Assembly (NCBI RefSeq): GCF_006345805.1
Contig: NC_043009.1
Coordinates: 69,192,001-69,256,000 of the forward strand
Source of the DNA: Octopus sinensis
Lineage: Eukaryota
Reading direction: 5' to 3'
DNA: 64,000 nucleotides
Under the pieces are notes generated by a model, which saw only the letters and a list, made by a program, of their open reading frames with translations, searched no databases and had not been told where the DNA came from. A program made the position numbers and the translations under genes. Each line of letters starts with the position of its first letter. Position 1 is the first letter of the stretch. Below, piece after piece: positions 1 through 12,655 of this stretch.

Positions 1-173
1 TATTTTATTTCTAAAAGCATACTTTGAATTGATGCTAAGCCGCCACTTCCCTCTGCAAGGGTTACTGGTGTACAATCTGTGTGCTGAAACAATCTTTATT
101 AATGAACGTAATTAAGCATTAAGGTCTGCAGACCATTAAGGATAACTAATTTGATCATTTTATTTCATTAAAG

Positions 174-314
174 GTCAATTCCGCACTGCTGTTGAACGTG
201 TCAATGGTTCATCTGGGGGTTTTAAAGCCAATGTTCATGGTGCTATCAGCCCTTATTCTGTCTTCAGTTTTGGTATTGTTTGGAATGAAGGAACTTCAAT
301 TTCCTCCTTTGTTG
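174..314 (+). CDS. Avidin-family gene A, internal exon (strands beta3-beta6): GQFRTAVERVNGSSGGFKANVHGAISPYSVFSFGIVWNEGTSISSFV
   Basis: aag|GT acceptor and G|gtgagt donor; 141 nt, phase 1-1, no stops. Aligns to chicken avidin GTYITAV...FGFTVNWKFSESTTVF. Paralogue at 31869-32006. Confidence 0.9.
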
Positions 315-457
315 GTGAGTAGCAATAACATCATGTATATTTCATTCATCACTTATCTTACAGAAAGCCAAATCGCTTCCATCCATTATTTCTTTGGCTG
401 AAACTTCATAAACAGAGACTCTAAGTTTCATGTTTTACTAATCCCCAAGGAACCAAA

Positions 458-1190
458 TACGAGGTTGAGTCAAAAAGTGATGCCATTTTGTTTAGGACAG
501 GTATAATTACCAATACAGGAACATGTATCATACACCAAAATGAAGCTGGTCCTTTGTAGATCACATCCCTACAGTCACCGTTTCTCTGAATAGCAATGTT
601 CCACCTTCAAATGAGAGCATGTATCCCTGCCCCATAAAATTCTGTTGACTGTTCTTTGAGTCACTTCTTCACTACAGTTTTCACTTCCTTGTCACTGGAA
701 TAATGTTTGCCTCTCAAACCCTCTTTCATGGCCCCAAAGGGATGATAGTTTGAAGGCACTAACTTTGGTGCATATGGAGGATGTGGTAAAGTTGTCCACC
801 TGAATGAGGCGATTGTCTCCCTTGTCCTGATGCTTGTGTGTGGTCGAGCATTGTCGTGCAGTAGGAGGATATTGTCGACTGGCAACTTGGGTCTTACTTG
901 TCGGATTCTTGCTCTGAGCCTTGTCGGCGTCTCAATGTAGGCATCAGAGTTTATTGTTTTTCCTTTTGGCAAGAAACCAACTCCCCTATCGTAAGGTCAT
1001 GAGTTTGATTACCAGCACCATGTTGTCTCCTTTAGCAAAACACTTTATTTCTTGTTGCTGGACTGCACTCAATTAGCAACAAAGAGTATTACCCGTATTT
1101 CAAAGCGTCAGTCTCATCACATTCTGATACACGATGAATCTGCAGGCTGTTCCATTGATCGGAGCAACTGGAAGGCTCAATATTGCTAAC
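458..1190 (-). mobile_element. Decayed mariner transposon in a gene A intron
   Basis: ORF 661-972 carries HDNARPH and HPPYAPKLVPSNY (degenerate HPPYSPDLAPSDY). TACGAGGTTGAGTCAAAAAGT at 458 resembles a mariner TIR. Confidence 0.85.
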
Positions 1191-1343
1191 TGATGGACTT
1201 TGTTAGTCTTTAAACATGTTTGTTGCTGAAATGTTTTTGAATTTTCTCAAAGTGGAAAAGGCTTTTTGTTGGCAACTTTCAAGCTCATGTCTGAATATAC
1301 AGATATACCCATGCATGTATGTTTTTTTGCTTCTCTTCTCCAG

Positions 1344-1469
1344 GTCAGTGTATCCCCTCATCAAACAATGCCACCTTCTTGAAAACTCAGTGGACAATGC
1401 TTGTGGGACAGGAGACCTTTGATACCAGCTGGAAAGCTTTTTACAATGGAATGAACAATTTCTACAGAG
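1344..1469 (+). CDS. Avidin-family gene A, exon (beta6-beta8): GQCIPSSNNATFLKTQWTMLVGQETFDTSWKAFYNGMNNFYR
   Basis: Pyrimidine tract plus cag acceptor, G|gtgaga donor, 126 nt, phase 1-1. Aligns to avidin GQCF...LKTMWLL...DWKATRVGINIFTR. Paralogue at 33056-33181. Confidence 0.9.
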
Positions 1470-2420
1470 GTGAGATATGTATGATGTTACCTGCAAGGAT
1501 GGGTGGATAAATGGACATAGAGATGAGTGGATAGGGGGATGGATTTATGGGTAGGTGAAGGGATTTATGTATGGATCATTAGGTGAATAGATTGGTGAAT
1601 GGATAGACGGATGATGAGGGGATTATTAGGGTGGTGGGATGAGAGAAGAATGAATGCATGGACGCAATAGATTGATGGTTGGGAGTTGTGTGGGTGGGTA
1701 GGATAAATGTGGTTAAAAGTGTAGTTGATTGGATGATTGATTGGTTGGAGTGATGAATGCATTGAATGATGGTTGAATGAATGGACAAGTGGTATGTCGC
1801 CTGGTTAGATCGACAGTTTGACAGATGGTTTATTGAGTGGATGGTTAGATAAGTATCACAAGGATGGATTGGTGGTTAAACACCTGGTTGGTAAGGAGAC
1901 ATGTCGTACGTGAAGCTGTGGCTATGATGTAGAGCCGGGTACTTGTTACAGGAGTTCTCACAGAGTGTATTTGCTGTTAACCATGGTGAAGTAATTCGCA
2001 AACAGTGTTGAGATAGAACCTGTGTGAGGGTTGCTGGTTGCTGTGTACGTAAGGAGATGTTGTTGATGACATTAAGATGATGGAGACGATGAACAAAGTG
2101 ACTGCTGTATGCTGTTGAACGAGTGTTACTGTATCTCCATGTGGCTGCTCTTGTGCTGTCGCTGGAACTGGCTGTGTGTTCTGTGTGGTCAGTGGCTAGA
2201 CTTTAAGAGGTCTGGAACCGAAAAACCTCAAGACAATGTAAAGCTAGCATTTTATACTGTGTTATCGTCTCATCGGAAGTTTGGAAGAGACTGTCTCACG
2301 TGACCTTGTCAGAAGGCTGCAATTGGTTGGGTTGGATAGTCGTGTGCAATAGAGCAAGAGACAACCCCAGGACTTATTATTTGTAAGCCTAGTACTGTAT
2401 TCTAACAGTTTGGTGCAACT

Positions 2421-5400
2421 TCTGAGCTTGTCACCTCCTGGCCTTATCACCTCCTGGCCTTGCCACCTCCTGGCCTTGCCACCTCCTGGCTTTGCCACTT
2501 CCTGGCCTAATCACCTCCTGGCCTTGCCACCTCCTGGCCTTGCCACCTCCTGGCCTTATCACCTCCTGACCTTATCACCTCCTGGCCTTATCACCTCCAG
2601 CACTTGCCACCACCTGGGCTTTTCACCTCCTGGCCTTGCCACCTCTTGGCCTTGCCACCTCTTGACCTCATCACCTCCTAGCCTTGCCACCTCCTTGCCT
2701 TGCCACCTCCTGGCCTTGCCACCTCCTAACCTTGCCATCTCCTGGCCTAATCACCTCCTGGCCTTATCACCTCCTGGCCTTATCACCTCCTGACCTTATC
2801 ACCTCCTGGCCTTATCACCTCCAGCACTTGCCACCACCTGGGCTTTTCACCTCCTGGCCTTGCCACCTCTTGGCCTCATCACCTCCTAGCCTTGCCACCT
2901 CCTGGCCTTATCACCTCTTGGCCTTATCACCTCCTGGCCTTGCCACCTCCTGGCCTTGCCACCTCCTGGCCTTATCACCTCCTGGCCTTGCCACCTCCTG
3001 GCCTTGCCACCTCCTGCACTTGCCACCTCCTGGCCTTATCACCTCTTGGCCTCATCACCTCCTAGCCTTGCCACCTCCTGGCCTTGCCACCTCCTGGCCT
3101 AATCACCTCCTGGCCTTATCACCTCTTGGCCTCATCACCTCCTAGACTTGCCACCTCCTGGCCTTGCCACCTCCTGGCCTTATCACCTCCTGGCCTTGCC
3201 ACCTCCTGGCCTAATCACCTCCTGGCCTTATCACCTCTTGGCCTCATCACCTCCTGGCCTTGCCACCTCCCGGCCTTATCACCTCCTGGCCTTGCCACCT
3301 CCTGGCCTTGCCACCTCCTGGCCTTGCCACCTCCTGGCCTTGTCACCTCTTGGCCTTATCACCTCCTGGCCTTATCACCTCCTGGCCTTATCACCTCCTG
3401 GCCTTATCACCTCCGGGCCTTGCCACCTCCTGGCCTTGTCACCTCTTGGCCTTGCCACCTCCTGGCATTATCACCTCCTGGCCTTATCACCTCCTGGCCT
3501 TATCACCTCCGGGCCTTGCCACCTCCTGGCATTATCACCTCCTGGCCTTATCACCTCCTGGCCTTATCACCTCTTGGCCTCATCACCTCCTAGCCTTGCC
3601 ACCTCCTGGCCTTGCATCTCCTGGGCTTATCACCTCCTGGCCTTATCACCTCTTGGCCTTATCCCCTCCTGGCCTTATCACCTCCTGGCCTTATCACCTC
3701 TTGGCCTCATCACCTCCTGGCCTTATCACCTCCTGGCCTTATCACCTCTTGGCCTCATCACCTCCTGGCCTTGCCACCTCCTGGCCTTGCATCTCCTAGG
3801 CTTATCACCTCCTGGCCTTATCACCTCCTGGCCTTGCCACCTCCTGGCCTTGCCACCTCCTGGCGTTATCACCTACTGGCCTTATCACCTCCTGGCCTTA
3901 TCACCTTTTGGCCTTGCCACCTCCTGGCCTTGTCACCTCCTGGCCTTATCACCTCCTGGCCTTATCACCTCCTGGCCTTATAACCTCCTGGCCTTATCAC
4001 CTCCTGGCCTTGCCACCTCCTGTCCTTATCACCTCCTGGCCTTATCACCTCCTGGCCTTGCCACCTCCTGGCCTTATCACATCCTGGCCTTTTCACCTCC
4101 TGGCCTTATCACCTCCTGGCCTTATCACCTCCTGGCCTTGTCACCTCCTGGCCTTATCACCTCCTGGCCTTATCACCTTTTGGCCTTGCCACCTCCTGCA
4201 CTTGTCACATCCTGGCCTTTTCACCTCCTGGCCTTATCACCTCCTGGCCTTGCCACCTCCTGGCCTTGCCACCTCCTGGCCTTATCACCTCCTGGCCTTA
4301 TCACCTCCTGGCCTTGCCACCTCCTGGCCTTATACCTCCTGTCCTTATCACCTCCTGGCCTTATCACTCCTGGCCTTATCACCTCCTGGCTTGCCACCTC
4401 CTGGCATTGCCACCTCCTGGCATTATCACCTCCTGGCCTTATCACCTCCTGGCCTTGCCACCTCCTGGCCTTATCACCTCCTGGCCTATCACCTCCTGGC
4501 CTTATCACCTCTGGCCTTATCACCTCCTGGCCTTGCCACCTCATGGCCTTGCCACCTCCTGTCCTTATCACCTCCTGGCCTTATCACCTCCTGGCCTTGC
4601 ACCCTGTTCCTCCTGGCCTTGCCACCTCCTGGCCTTATCACCTCCTGCACTTGCCACCTCCTGGCCTTGCCACCTCCTGGCCTTGCCACCTCCTGGCCTT
4701 GCCACCTCCTGGCCTTGCCACCTCCTGGCCTTGCCACCTCCTGGCCTTGCCACCTCCTGGCCTTATCACCTCCTGCACTTGCCACCTCCTGGCCTTGCCA
4801 CCTCCTGGCCTTATCACCTCCTGGCCTTGCCACCTCCTGGCCTTGCCACCTCTGGCCTTCCTGCCTTGCACCTGGCTGCTTGCTCCTGGCCTTATCACCT
4901 CCTGGCCTTATCACCTCCTGGCCTTGTCACCACCTCCGGCCTTATCACCTCCTGGCCTTGCCACCTCCTGGCCTTATCACCTCCTGGCCTTATCACCTCC
5001 TGGCCTTGCCACCTCCTGGCCTTGCCACCTCCTGGCCTTATCACCTCCTGGCCTTGCCACCTCCTGGCCTTATCACCTCCTGGCCTTATAACCTCCTGGC
5101 CTTATCACCTCCTGGCCTTGCCACCTCCTGGCCTTATCACCTCCTGGCCTTATCACCTCCTGGCCTTATCACCTCCTGCCTTATCACCTCCTGCCTTATA
5201 ACCTCCTGGCCTTATCACCTCCTGGCCTTATCACCTCCTGGCCTTGCCACCTCCTGGCCTTATCACCTCCTGGCCTTATCACCTCCTGGCCTTATCACCT
5301 CCTGGCCTTATCACCTCCTGGCCTTATCACCTCCTGGCCTTATCACCTCCTGGCCTTGCCACCTCCTGGCCTTATCACCTCCTGGCCTTATCACCTCCTG

Positions 5401-6247
5401 GCCTTGCCACCTCCTGGCCTTATCACCTCCTGGCCTTGCCACCTCCTGGCCTTATCACCTCCTGGCCTTGCCACCTCCTGGCCTTATCACCTCCTGGCCT
5501 TACCACCTCCTGGCCTTATCACCTCCTGGCCTTATCACCTCCTGGCCTTGCCACCTCCTGGCCTTGCCACCTCCTGGCCTTGCCACCTCCTGGCCTTGCC
5601 ACCTCCTGGCCTTGCCACCTCCTGGCCTTATCACCTCCTGGCCTTGCCACCTCCTGGCCTTATCACCTCTTGGCCTTGCCACCTCCTGCACTTGCCACCT
5701 CCTGGCCTTATAACCTCCTGGCCTTATCACCTCCTGGCCTTGCCACCTCCTGGCCTTGTCACCTCCTGGCCTTGCCACCTCCTGCACTTGCCACCTCCTG
5801 GCCTTATAACCTCCTGGCCTTATCACCTCTTGGCCTTGCCACCTCCTGCACTTGCCACCTCCTGGCCTTATAACCTCCTGGCCTTGTCACCTCCTGGCCT
5901 TGCCACCTCCTGGCCTTGCCACCTCCTGGCCTTATCACCTCCTGGCCTTATCACCTCCTGGCCTTGCCACCTCCTGGCCTTGCCACCTCCTGGCCTTATC
6001 ACCTCCTGGCCTTATCACCTCCTGGCCTTGCCACCTCCTGGCCTTATCACCTCCTGGCCTTATCACCTCCTGGCCTTATCACTTCCTGGCCTTATAACCT
6101 CCTGGACTTATCACCTCCTGGCCTTATAACCTCCTGGCCTTATCACCTCCTGGCCTTATCACCTCCTGGCCTTATAACCTCCTGGCCTTATCACCTCCTG
6201 GCCTTATCACCTCCTGGCCTTATAACCTCCTGGCCTTGTCACCTCCT
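2421..6247. repeat. 16-bp minisatellite, about 240 units, two main variants (CCTCCTGGCCTTATCA and CCTCCTGGCCTTGCCA)
   Basis: Periodicity is directly visible. It explains all the Pro/Leu-rich ORFs in this interval. Confidence 0.98.
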
Positions 6248-6635
6248 GTTAAACTGGTCGTCCTGTGCTAGCATGGAAAATGGACATTGAATGACAATGA
6301 CAATGATGATGATATTTGTGTATGAGTGTGTATCTGTTTATGTTTATGGGTGTGTTTGTAGATATATGTTAATGTGAATGTATGTTTGTTTGTGTGTGTG
6401 TATGTATATTAGTTTATTTGCATGTTTGTATATATTATATATATATATGTATATATATATACATATATAAATGCAAACAAAACTGTCTGAGGAACAGGAA
6501 TGGGAACGTGAAACTCTGAGTAACAGTTTTTGTGATGTCTTTTCAGCTTTATTGATAAAGTATACTACTCTACCTTCGGTATTTCAGTACTATTTTACCA
6601 CTTTGTTTCAAATTTATGTTGTTACTCTGGTATAT

Positions 6636-6963
6636 TAAAAAAGACTCCGCCGGTTACGACGACGAGGGTCCCAGCTGATACGATCAACGGAACAGCTTGC
6701 TCGTGAAATTAACGTGCAAATGGCTGAGCATTCCACAGACACGTGTACCCTTAACGTAGTTCTCGGGGATAATCAGCGTGACACAGAGAGTGACAAGGCT
6801 GACCCTTTGAAATACAAGTACAACTCATTTTTGCCAGCTGAGTGGACTGGAGCAACGTGAAATAAAGTGTCTTGCTCAAGGACACAACGCGTCGCCGGGA
6901 ATCAAACTCACAACCTTACGATCATGAGCCGAATGCCCTAACCACTAAGCCACGCGCCCTCAC
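6636..6963 (-). mobile_element. Full-length tRNA-derived SINE (family 1)
   Basis: Minus-strand head has box A (TGGCTTAGTGG) and box B-like GTTTGATTCC, then TGTCCTTGAGCAAGACACTT. Flanked by a 12-bp TSD, ACTCTGGTATAT (6624-6635 and 6964-6975). Confidence 0.9.
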
Positions 6964-7379
6964 ACTCTGGTATATATATTTAGATAAATAGGTTATTAAT
7001 TATCAAAGTTGCTTAGAGGATAAGTTCACCTTGTAAAAGGGAGGCTGCATCCAAGGAAATACTGGTTTTATACTTGGTATTTTGGGGAAATTAAATTTCT
7101 TAAAATCAATAGGTACGTATTAAGAATAAAGTTCGTGTTCAGCTAAATGAGTTTGCTTGCATGAATGGAATGGTCCACATGTAATATCTTAATGTATATC
7201 TTTCTCTGATGGAATTATGCTCATAACTTATAAATGCAAATTTATGGCATAAATTTGTAATTTACCTATTGAGCACTAATGGAAACGGCTATAAGAAGTG
7301 AAGATTACCAATTTTTTAATAATAAATAATTGTTATTATCTTAACTCCCCATTTCCTTCCTTCATTTAACCAAACATGA

Positions 7380-7410
<31 letters not shown>

Positions 7411-7610
7411 GTAATGTGACCACGTGTGTACCATTGGCGATTTTTTTTCCTCCATCTTCCCTTCTTTGGATCTTTCCTTTTCCTATGTTTTTGATGAAGA
7501 GCTCCGCTCGAAACGTTAAATCCCCCTTCTTTACTTCCTTTCCTGAGCATCCAATAATACTATATTTGTTCCACGTCCACGCGTTGTTGTGTTTTCCTGT
7601 TTGGATTAAC
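7411..7610 (+). mobile_element. Penelope-like element terminal fragment with a degenerate hammerhead motif
   Basis: TTGATGAAGAGCTCCGCTCGAAACGTT at 7491-7517 matches the hammerhead core found in PLE termini. Confidence 0.55.
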
Positions 7611-7854
7611 TTTATATATATATATATATTATATATATACATATATATATATATATATGCACGTATTTATTCTACTCTTCTCTGCTTTGTCCTCTTCCTC
7701 CTCCTCATCATCATTTAACGTCACTTTTCTATGTTTGCATGAGTCAGATGGAATTTGTTGAAGCAGATATTCTGTGCTCAGATACTTGTTTCCTGCAGCC
7801 GATGCTCATCTGCTTCCAAGCAAAGTAATATGTGTTGACTTCCAAGCACACCAT

Positions 7855-7960
7855 GTGTGTATGTATGTATGTATGTATGTATGTATGTATTTATGTATGT
7901 ATGTATTTATGTATGTATGTATTTATGTATGTATGCATGTATTTATGTATGTATGCATTC
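7855..7960. repeat. (TATG)n microsatellite
   Basis: Directly visible. Confidence 0.95.
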
Positions 7961-8048
7961 TGTATGTGCATGTATCCATTTATGTATACATTCTGTGTAT
8001 ATAAAAATATACATCACATGATTTAATCATGACATTATTTTATTCCAG

Positions 8049-8065
8049 AGTTAATAGAAAAATAA
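8049..8065 (+). CDS. Avidin-family gene A, terminal coding exon (ELIEK*), followed by 3' UTR to about 8350
   Basis: ttattccag acceptor; phase matches the preceding exon. About 300 nt downstream is visibly homologous to 37124-37530 of gene B. Confidence 0.75.
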
Positions 8066-8887
8066 AACAGAAGAATTATAAAATATCTCAGAAAAATTAT
8101 GTTACCGGAACCTTCCATATTTGAACTTAATTTCGAATTTAGATTTTAGTACCTATCTGTTCAACAATTAAAGCAGTAATTAACAATCATCTCCATGTGT
8201 TTCTCTATATTTCTTTGATTCTCTAAGCACAAAGATGTAGTGAGTTCAATTCTTATTATATCCAGTCAACCTATACAATTTACTTAATTATATCACAATC
8301 CAATGAAGGCATGCTAAAGATAGCAGCCAAATCCCCTTCTGGATCACATCTTACTAAGCTTGTATCAGTCAATGTCTGTAGTGTTGTGCAGCTTTCAGTT
8401 TGATCTCAGCCTAATCTGTTAATCTTATTTAGATTATTGGCTTCAGTGAACCCCTTTGGAAATACATGAACACAATGATTTGTAAATGTCATGTCTTGGT
8501 TCAAATTCTTCCATTCCCATTGACCTCAATGACCTTTTAACTTTTCTGCTTTAAATCAAACTTCCTGAAAAGAAGGGTTAGGAGGGATGTTGAATAGCTT
8601 CGCTCTTCAATCCCTCATCCTATTTCCACTCATCTTTGAGACATTACTTCACTTGCCTTACTTCATACTGTGAAGAAGGCATTACAGAGATTTGGGAATA
8701 AAAAATGGAATAAATATTCTTCAATGCTGTCTTCCAGTTCTGAGAAGAATAGTCCAAAAGGCAAGAAATGTTCATTCAACACTGGCCAATCTATTTTTAC
8801 CATTGATCCTTTCAGTAATAAGATCAGCAACTTCATTGCCAAGACTTTATGAAACATGTCTTTCGTAAAGTTCCTTCAACTCAATAA

Positions 8888-9108
8888 TCCTTTCGTTACC
8901 ATATTTCTTTTGAGATGCTATGTGTTTGTTGCAATTATTTTAAATATAACAAAGAATTTAGTAAACTAACTTTGTTGTCATTCAGCTAGTGTTAGGAACA
9001 TAAATTGTGACTAAGGTTTGGTGGAAGATTTTAATTCAAAACTTTTGAAAACAAGACATTCGTGCAACAGAATTAGAGCCGGTTTCAGCCAGGTTGGTAA
9101 CGAAAGGG
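8888..9108. mobile_element. piggyBac-type MITE
   Basis: Termini CCTTTCGTTACC and GGTAACGAAAGGG, followed by TTAA. A partial second copy lies at 26997-27092. Confidence 0.7.
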
Positions 9109-9562
9109 TTAAGACTCTACAGACTTGACTTTTGTGACTCAAAATAATGGTCAGTGTTATATTTGATCTTCTAAAACAACCATGGACAAACCATGTCCCA
9201 TGGAACTTTATGAATGGCACACCAACAAAAATTACCTCAAAAATCTTTGGTTGAGTACCCTGCCTGATGATGAGCCATGTTTCATGTAGCCTGTGTTTTT
9301 TGCCCATGCCTGCTTTGAAAGCTGTCCAATCAAATTAATCCTTTTCAACATCAAAACTTATTTGTTGAAAAAAACGAAACAAACGTATCTTTTGCAATTA
9401 ATCTGTATTTAGTCTTTCTCAAAAACAAACTTGTCATACAATCATAAATCCAGTACTTATCTCTTCTAGTGTTCCTCTTACAGAATACATGATGCCATTT
9501 CCAAAGTCATTGGTTGTCATAGAGGTATTCTGTGAGGCTGCGGCAATAGTAACATTATACCT

Positions 9563-9809
9563 ATTTCTTTACTACCCACAAGGGGCTAAATACAGAGAGG
9601 ACAAACAAGGACAAACGGATTAAGTCAATTATATCGACCCCAGGGCGTAACTGGTACTTATTTAATCGACCCCGAAAGGATGAAAGGCAAAGTCGACCTC
9701 TGCGGAATTTGAACTCAGAACAAAACGGCAGACGAAATACGGCTACGCATTTCACCCGGCATGCTAATGTTTCTCCCAGCTCACCGCCTACTGCCAGCTC
9801 GCTGCCAAG
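9563..9809 (-). mobile_element. tRNA-derived SINE (family 2) with a partly duplicated 5' head
   Basis: Head GGCGGYGAGCTGG and box B GAGTTCAAATTCC. Flanked by a 14-bp TSD, GTAACATTATACCT (9549-9562 and 9810-9823). Confidence 0.9.
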
Positions 9810-10429
9810 GTAACATTATACCTTGGATAAAGCTATCTAAATCTACTTCCTTCAGTATAAAAGAACCACAGCCACCACTCACAGTTTGTGAAAGCTACTG
9901 AGCATGACTCAATAGCTTTCACCAATTGTTTTGGGTCCCTTACGTCATTGCAAATAAAGAAGGGCCCTTTCTCAGTCCTCGTCCACTTTACATAGTGGAG
10001 TGTCCAAAGTGTGACAGCCAGAAGGTGAGTGGACTGTACCGGTACTCAGATGGTACTCAGCTGGTACTCATTTCAGTTGAAAAGATTGGAGACTCTGGTT
10101 CAAGTATTGATTGCACTATGTTATAGTTTGGGGACCCAACACGCTAACCACTGAGCTGTGCAACTGTACTTTCTCAGTGAGCCACACTATAAAATAGTTT
10201 CTTTACTGTTCCAATTTCATCCTTGACTGCTTCATTTGAGGAACACTGTGGAAATCTTAATTGGTGGACATATCTAATGCAGATCGTCAAAAATCTAATT
10301 AGATATAAAAATGGAGTGATAAGAGGAGAATATAAGATCAATAGTTAGTACTATTTTAATTATTTTGTAAGGAAGGGAGACAACTCCAGAATGTTTCAAT
10401 CTTTTTAGACCTCTTCAACAAAGCAAAAG

Positions 10430-11640
10430 CTTCACCATAATTGTGGTGGGCTGGGAACATCACATGGCTGGTCTCATGAGTCACATTACAATAATAAATC
10501 TGAGAATTTTACTCTTGCATGTTAGAAGCAGAATAACACCTGAAACTGAAATTGAACTGAAATTTGGCTTCGTAAAGGGCACTGGATCTAGAGATGCTGC
10601 TTTTGTATTGAAAATGATAATGAAGCAGGCAGTGGAGAGGCCAAAAGAAGTCTTCATGTGTTTCGTTGGGTTACACAAAGGCCTTTGACAAAGTAAGACA
10701 TGACATGTTATTTGAAGAACTCGGTTAGGTTGATCTGCACAGGAAAGACCTCCGCATCTGGAACCAATCAGCATGCATAAATAGAAGCAGAATGCAGTGA
10801 ATACGCTGGCATCAAGAGAAGGGTTCAGACAAGGAAGTGTCATGTCACCAGATCTCTTCAATTACAATAGCAAACTGAACATAAGGGAACTGGAGAAGGA
10901 AAAAGGTCTTAAGGAAGGAAGCAGAAACACCAAAAACATAACATATGCAAATGAAAGTCTTACTTGCAGAATCAGAAAAGGAACATCAGGGTCTTTGGAT
11001 GTTGTGGTAGGAGAAAGTGAGAGGAAGGGTCTGTTTATAAATTGCCAGAAGACAGAGTGTATGGCAGTGACAAAGAAGGGAAACCTGAAGTGCATGTTGA
11101 AAGTGAACAATCAAATCCTTAAGCTGGCACCATCCTTCGGCTACGTTGGAACGTTGATCACAGAAGACACAAGATGTGTAAAGGAGATTAAAAGACGAAT
11201 GGTGCTGGCAAAATTGGCATTTTCAAAGTTGTATAACATCTTGAGAAACTGTACTCTGAGCATCGAAAACAAGGTCTAAGGTATATTGAATTGCTATGTC
11301 TACGTTGTGTTAATGTATAGAAATGAGGCATGGTCTGTAATATCAGAAATGAGAAGGTACTTGGAGAGATGTGAAATGCGGTCCTCAAGGAGAATATTGA
11401 GGATAGCATGGACAAAGTATCTAATGAAGAACTGGTGACCCGTGCTGCAGTAAGTAGGAAACTACTTTATAAGATAAGGGCCAAGCAACTGAGATTTCTT
11501 GGCCATGTGATGGGGAAAGAGCTCCTGGAGAATTTAATGGTGACTGGAAAGATTGAAAGAAGAAGAATCAGACAAAGGAGGTGGATGATGTGGATCTCCA
11601 ACTTGACGAACTGAGGAAGGACAAAAACAAGAAGAATGCT
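10430..11640 (+). pseudogene. RTE-clade LINE fragment (reverse transcriptase to C-terminus), frameshifted
   Basis: Motifs FGFVKGTGSRDAAF, GFRQGSVMSPDLFN, NITYAN(D), FGYVGTLIT and LRFLGHVM...GKIE, spread across ORFs 10443, 10797 and 11408. Confidence 0.9.
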
Positions 11641-12454
11641 AGATTCCCTTGTTCGAAAATAAAAGGACACAGCTCATGTCGTATAGTCAGCCAGAGACGA
11701 TGTCTCCTGGGGCTAAATTACAGCAGCATTCGTCCTAAGCCAGGACTGCCATGTTATGTTGGCAAACAATCTTTACTCCAAAGTACTGTTGCTGAATATC
11801 TCAAGTTGTGAGATTTACAAATAGTAATTTTCTAAGGAGAATGCTGTTTATAATTTCTAGCTCATAATTCTGTTGAATCTTCTGCCACGCCATGTTGAGA
11901 GCCAATGTGGCAGAGTAGGTTCATTAAATCAGTAGGATCTCAGTCTCAAATTCTCGCCCTCCACATCAGACCATGGCTGGTGAAGAGAGAGAGAGAGAGA
12001 GAACATGCTGAGGTCTTCTTCAATCTAATCAAATTCTGCCAAATACAAAATTTAAGATTTTGTCCAAGATATTTGCTATGAAGCTGGCATTTGTTATTTG
12101 TAGTGTGGTTGGGAAAACACAGCCCTGCACCATCCTGAGAAGAGTTATGCACCCCCCCCTCATTTGTGATACTTCATAGAGAGAGAGAGGGTTGCTACCA
12201 AATCTGGTTTCAATTACACTCTGATCAATTTGGATCAATTGAATGCTTTTGGTAGAGTTACTACTTGGCAGTTTGCTACTATTTTCAGAGACAGACCACC
12301 CCGATTTACAACAAAATCTGCTCAGTAACCAGAATAAGTGGTTACCTAACAGAACTATTTTGAATCACGTTATATTGTATCAATTCTAGATTCCTCAAGA
12401 TTTGTCAAAGAAGATTTTTGAGTGAAAAAGAAATTTCATTATTACATGCAATTA

Positions 12455-12655
12455 AAGCAGTGAGCTGGCAGAATCATTAGCACACTGGGCAAAATGCTTA
12501 GTGGCATATCATTGGCCTTTACATTCTGAGTTCAAATTCTGCCAAGGTCGACTTTGTCTTTCATCCTTTTGAGGTTGATTAAATAAGTACCAGTTAAACA
12601 CTGGGGTTAGTATAATTGACTTCCCCACTCCCGAAATTTTCTGACCTTTGCTAAA
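12455..12655 (+). mobile_element. Degenerate SINE family 2 copy (others at about 13785-13995, 22190-22385, 35690-35890, 36225-36390)
   Basis: GAGCTGGCAGAA head, TCTGAGTTCAAATTCTGCC, and TTCATCCTTTT...AAGTACCAG body. Confidence 0.8.

Noticed and set aside
192-401. ORF-track protein of 69 aa (and 31899-32099)
   Set aside because: Wrong frame over the real avidin exon.
2410-6290. Long Pro/Leu/Trp-rich ORFs (up to 647 aa)
   Set aside because: Translations of the 16-bp minisatellite, open in several frames, inside an intron.
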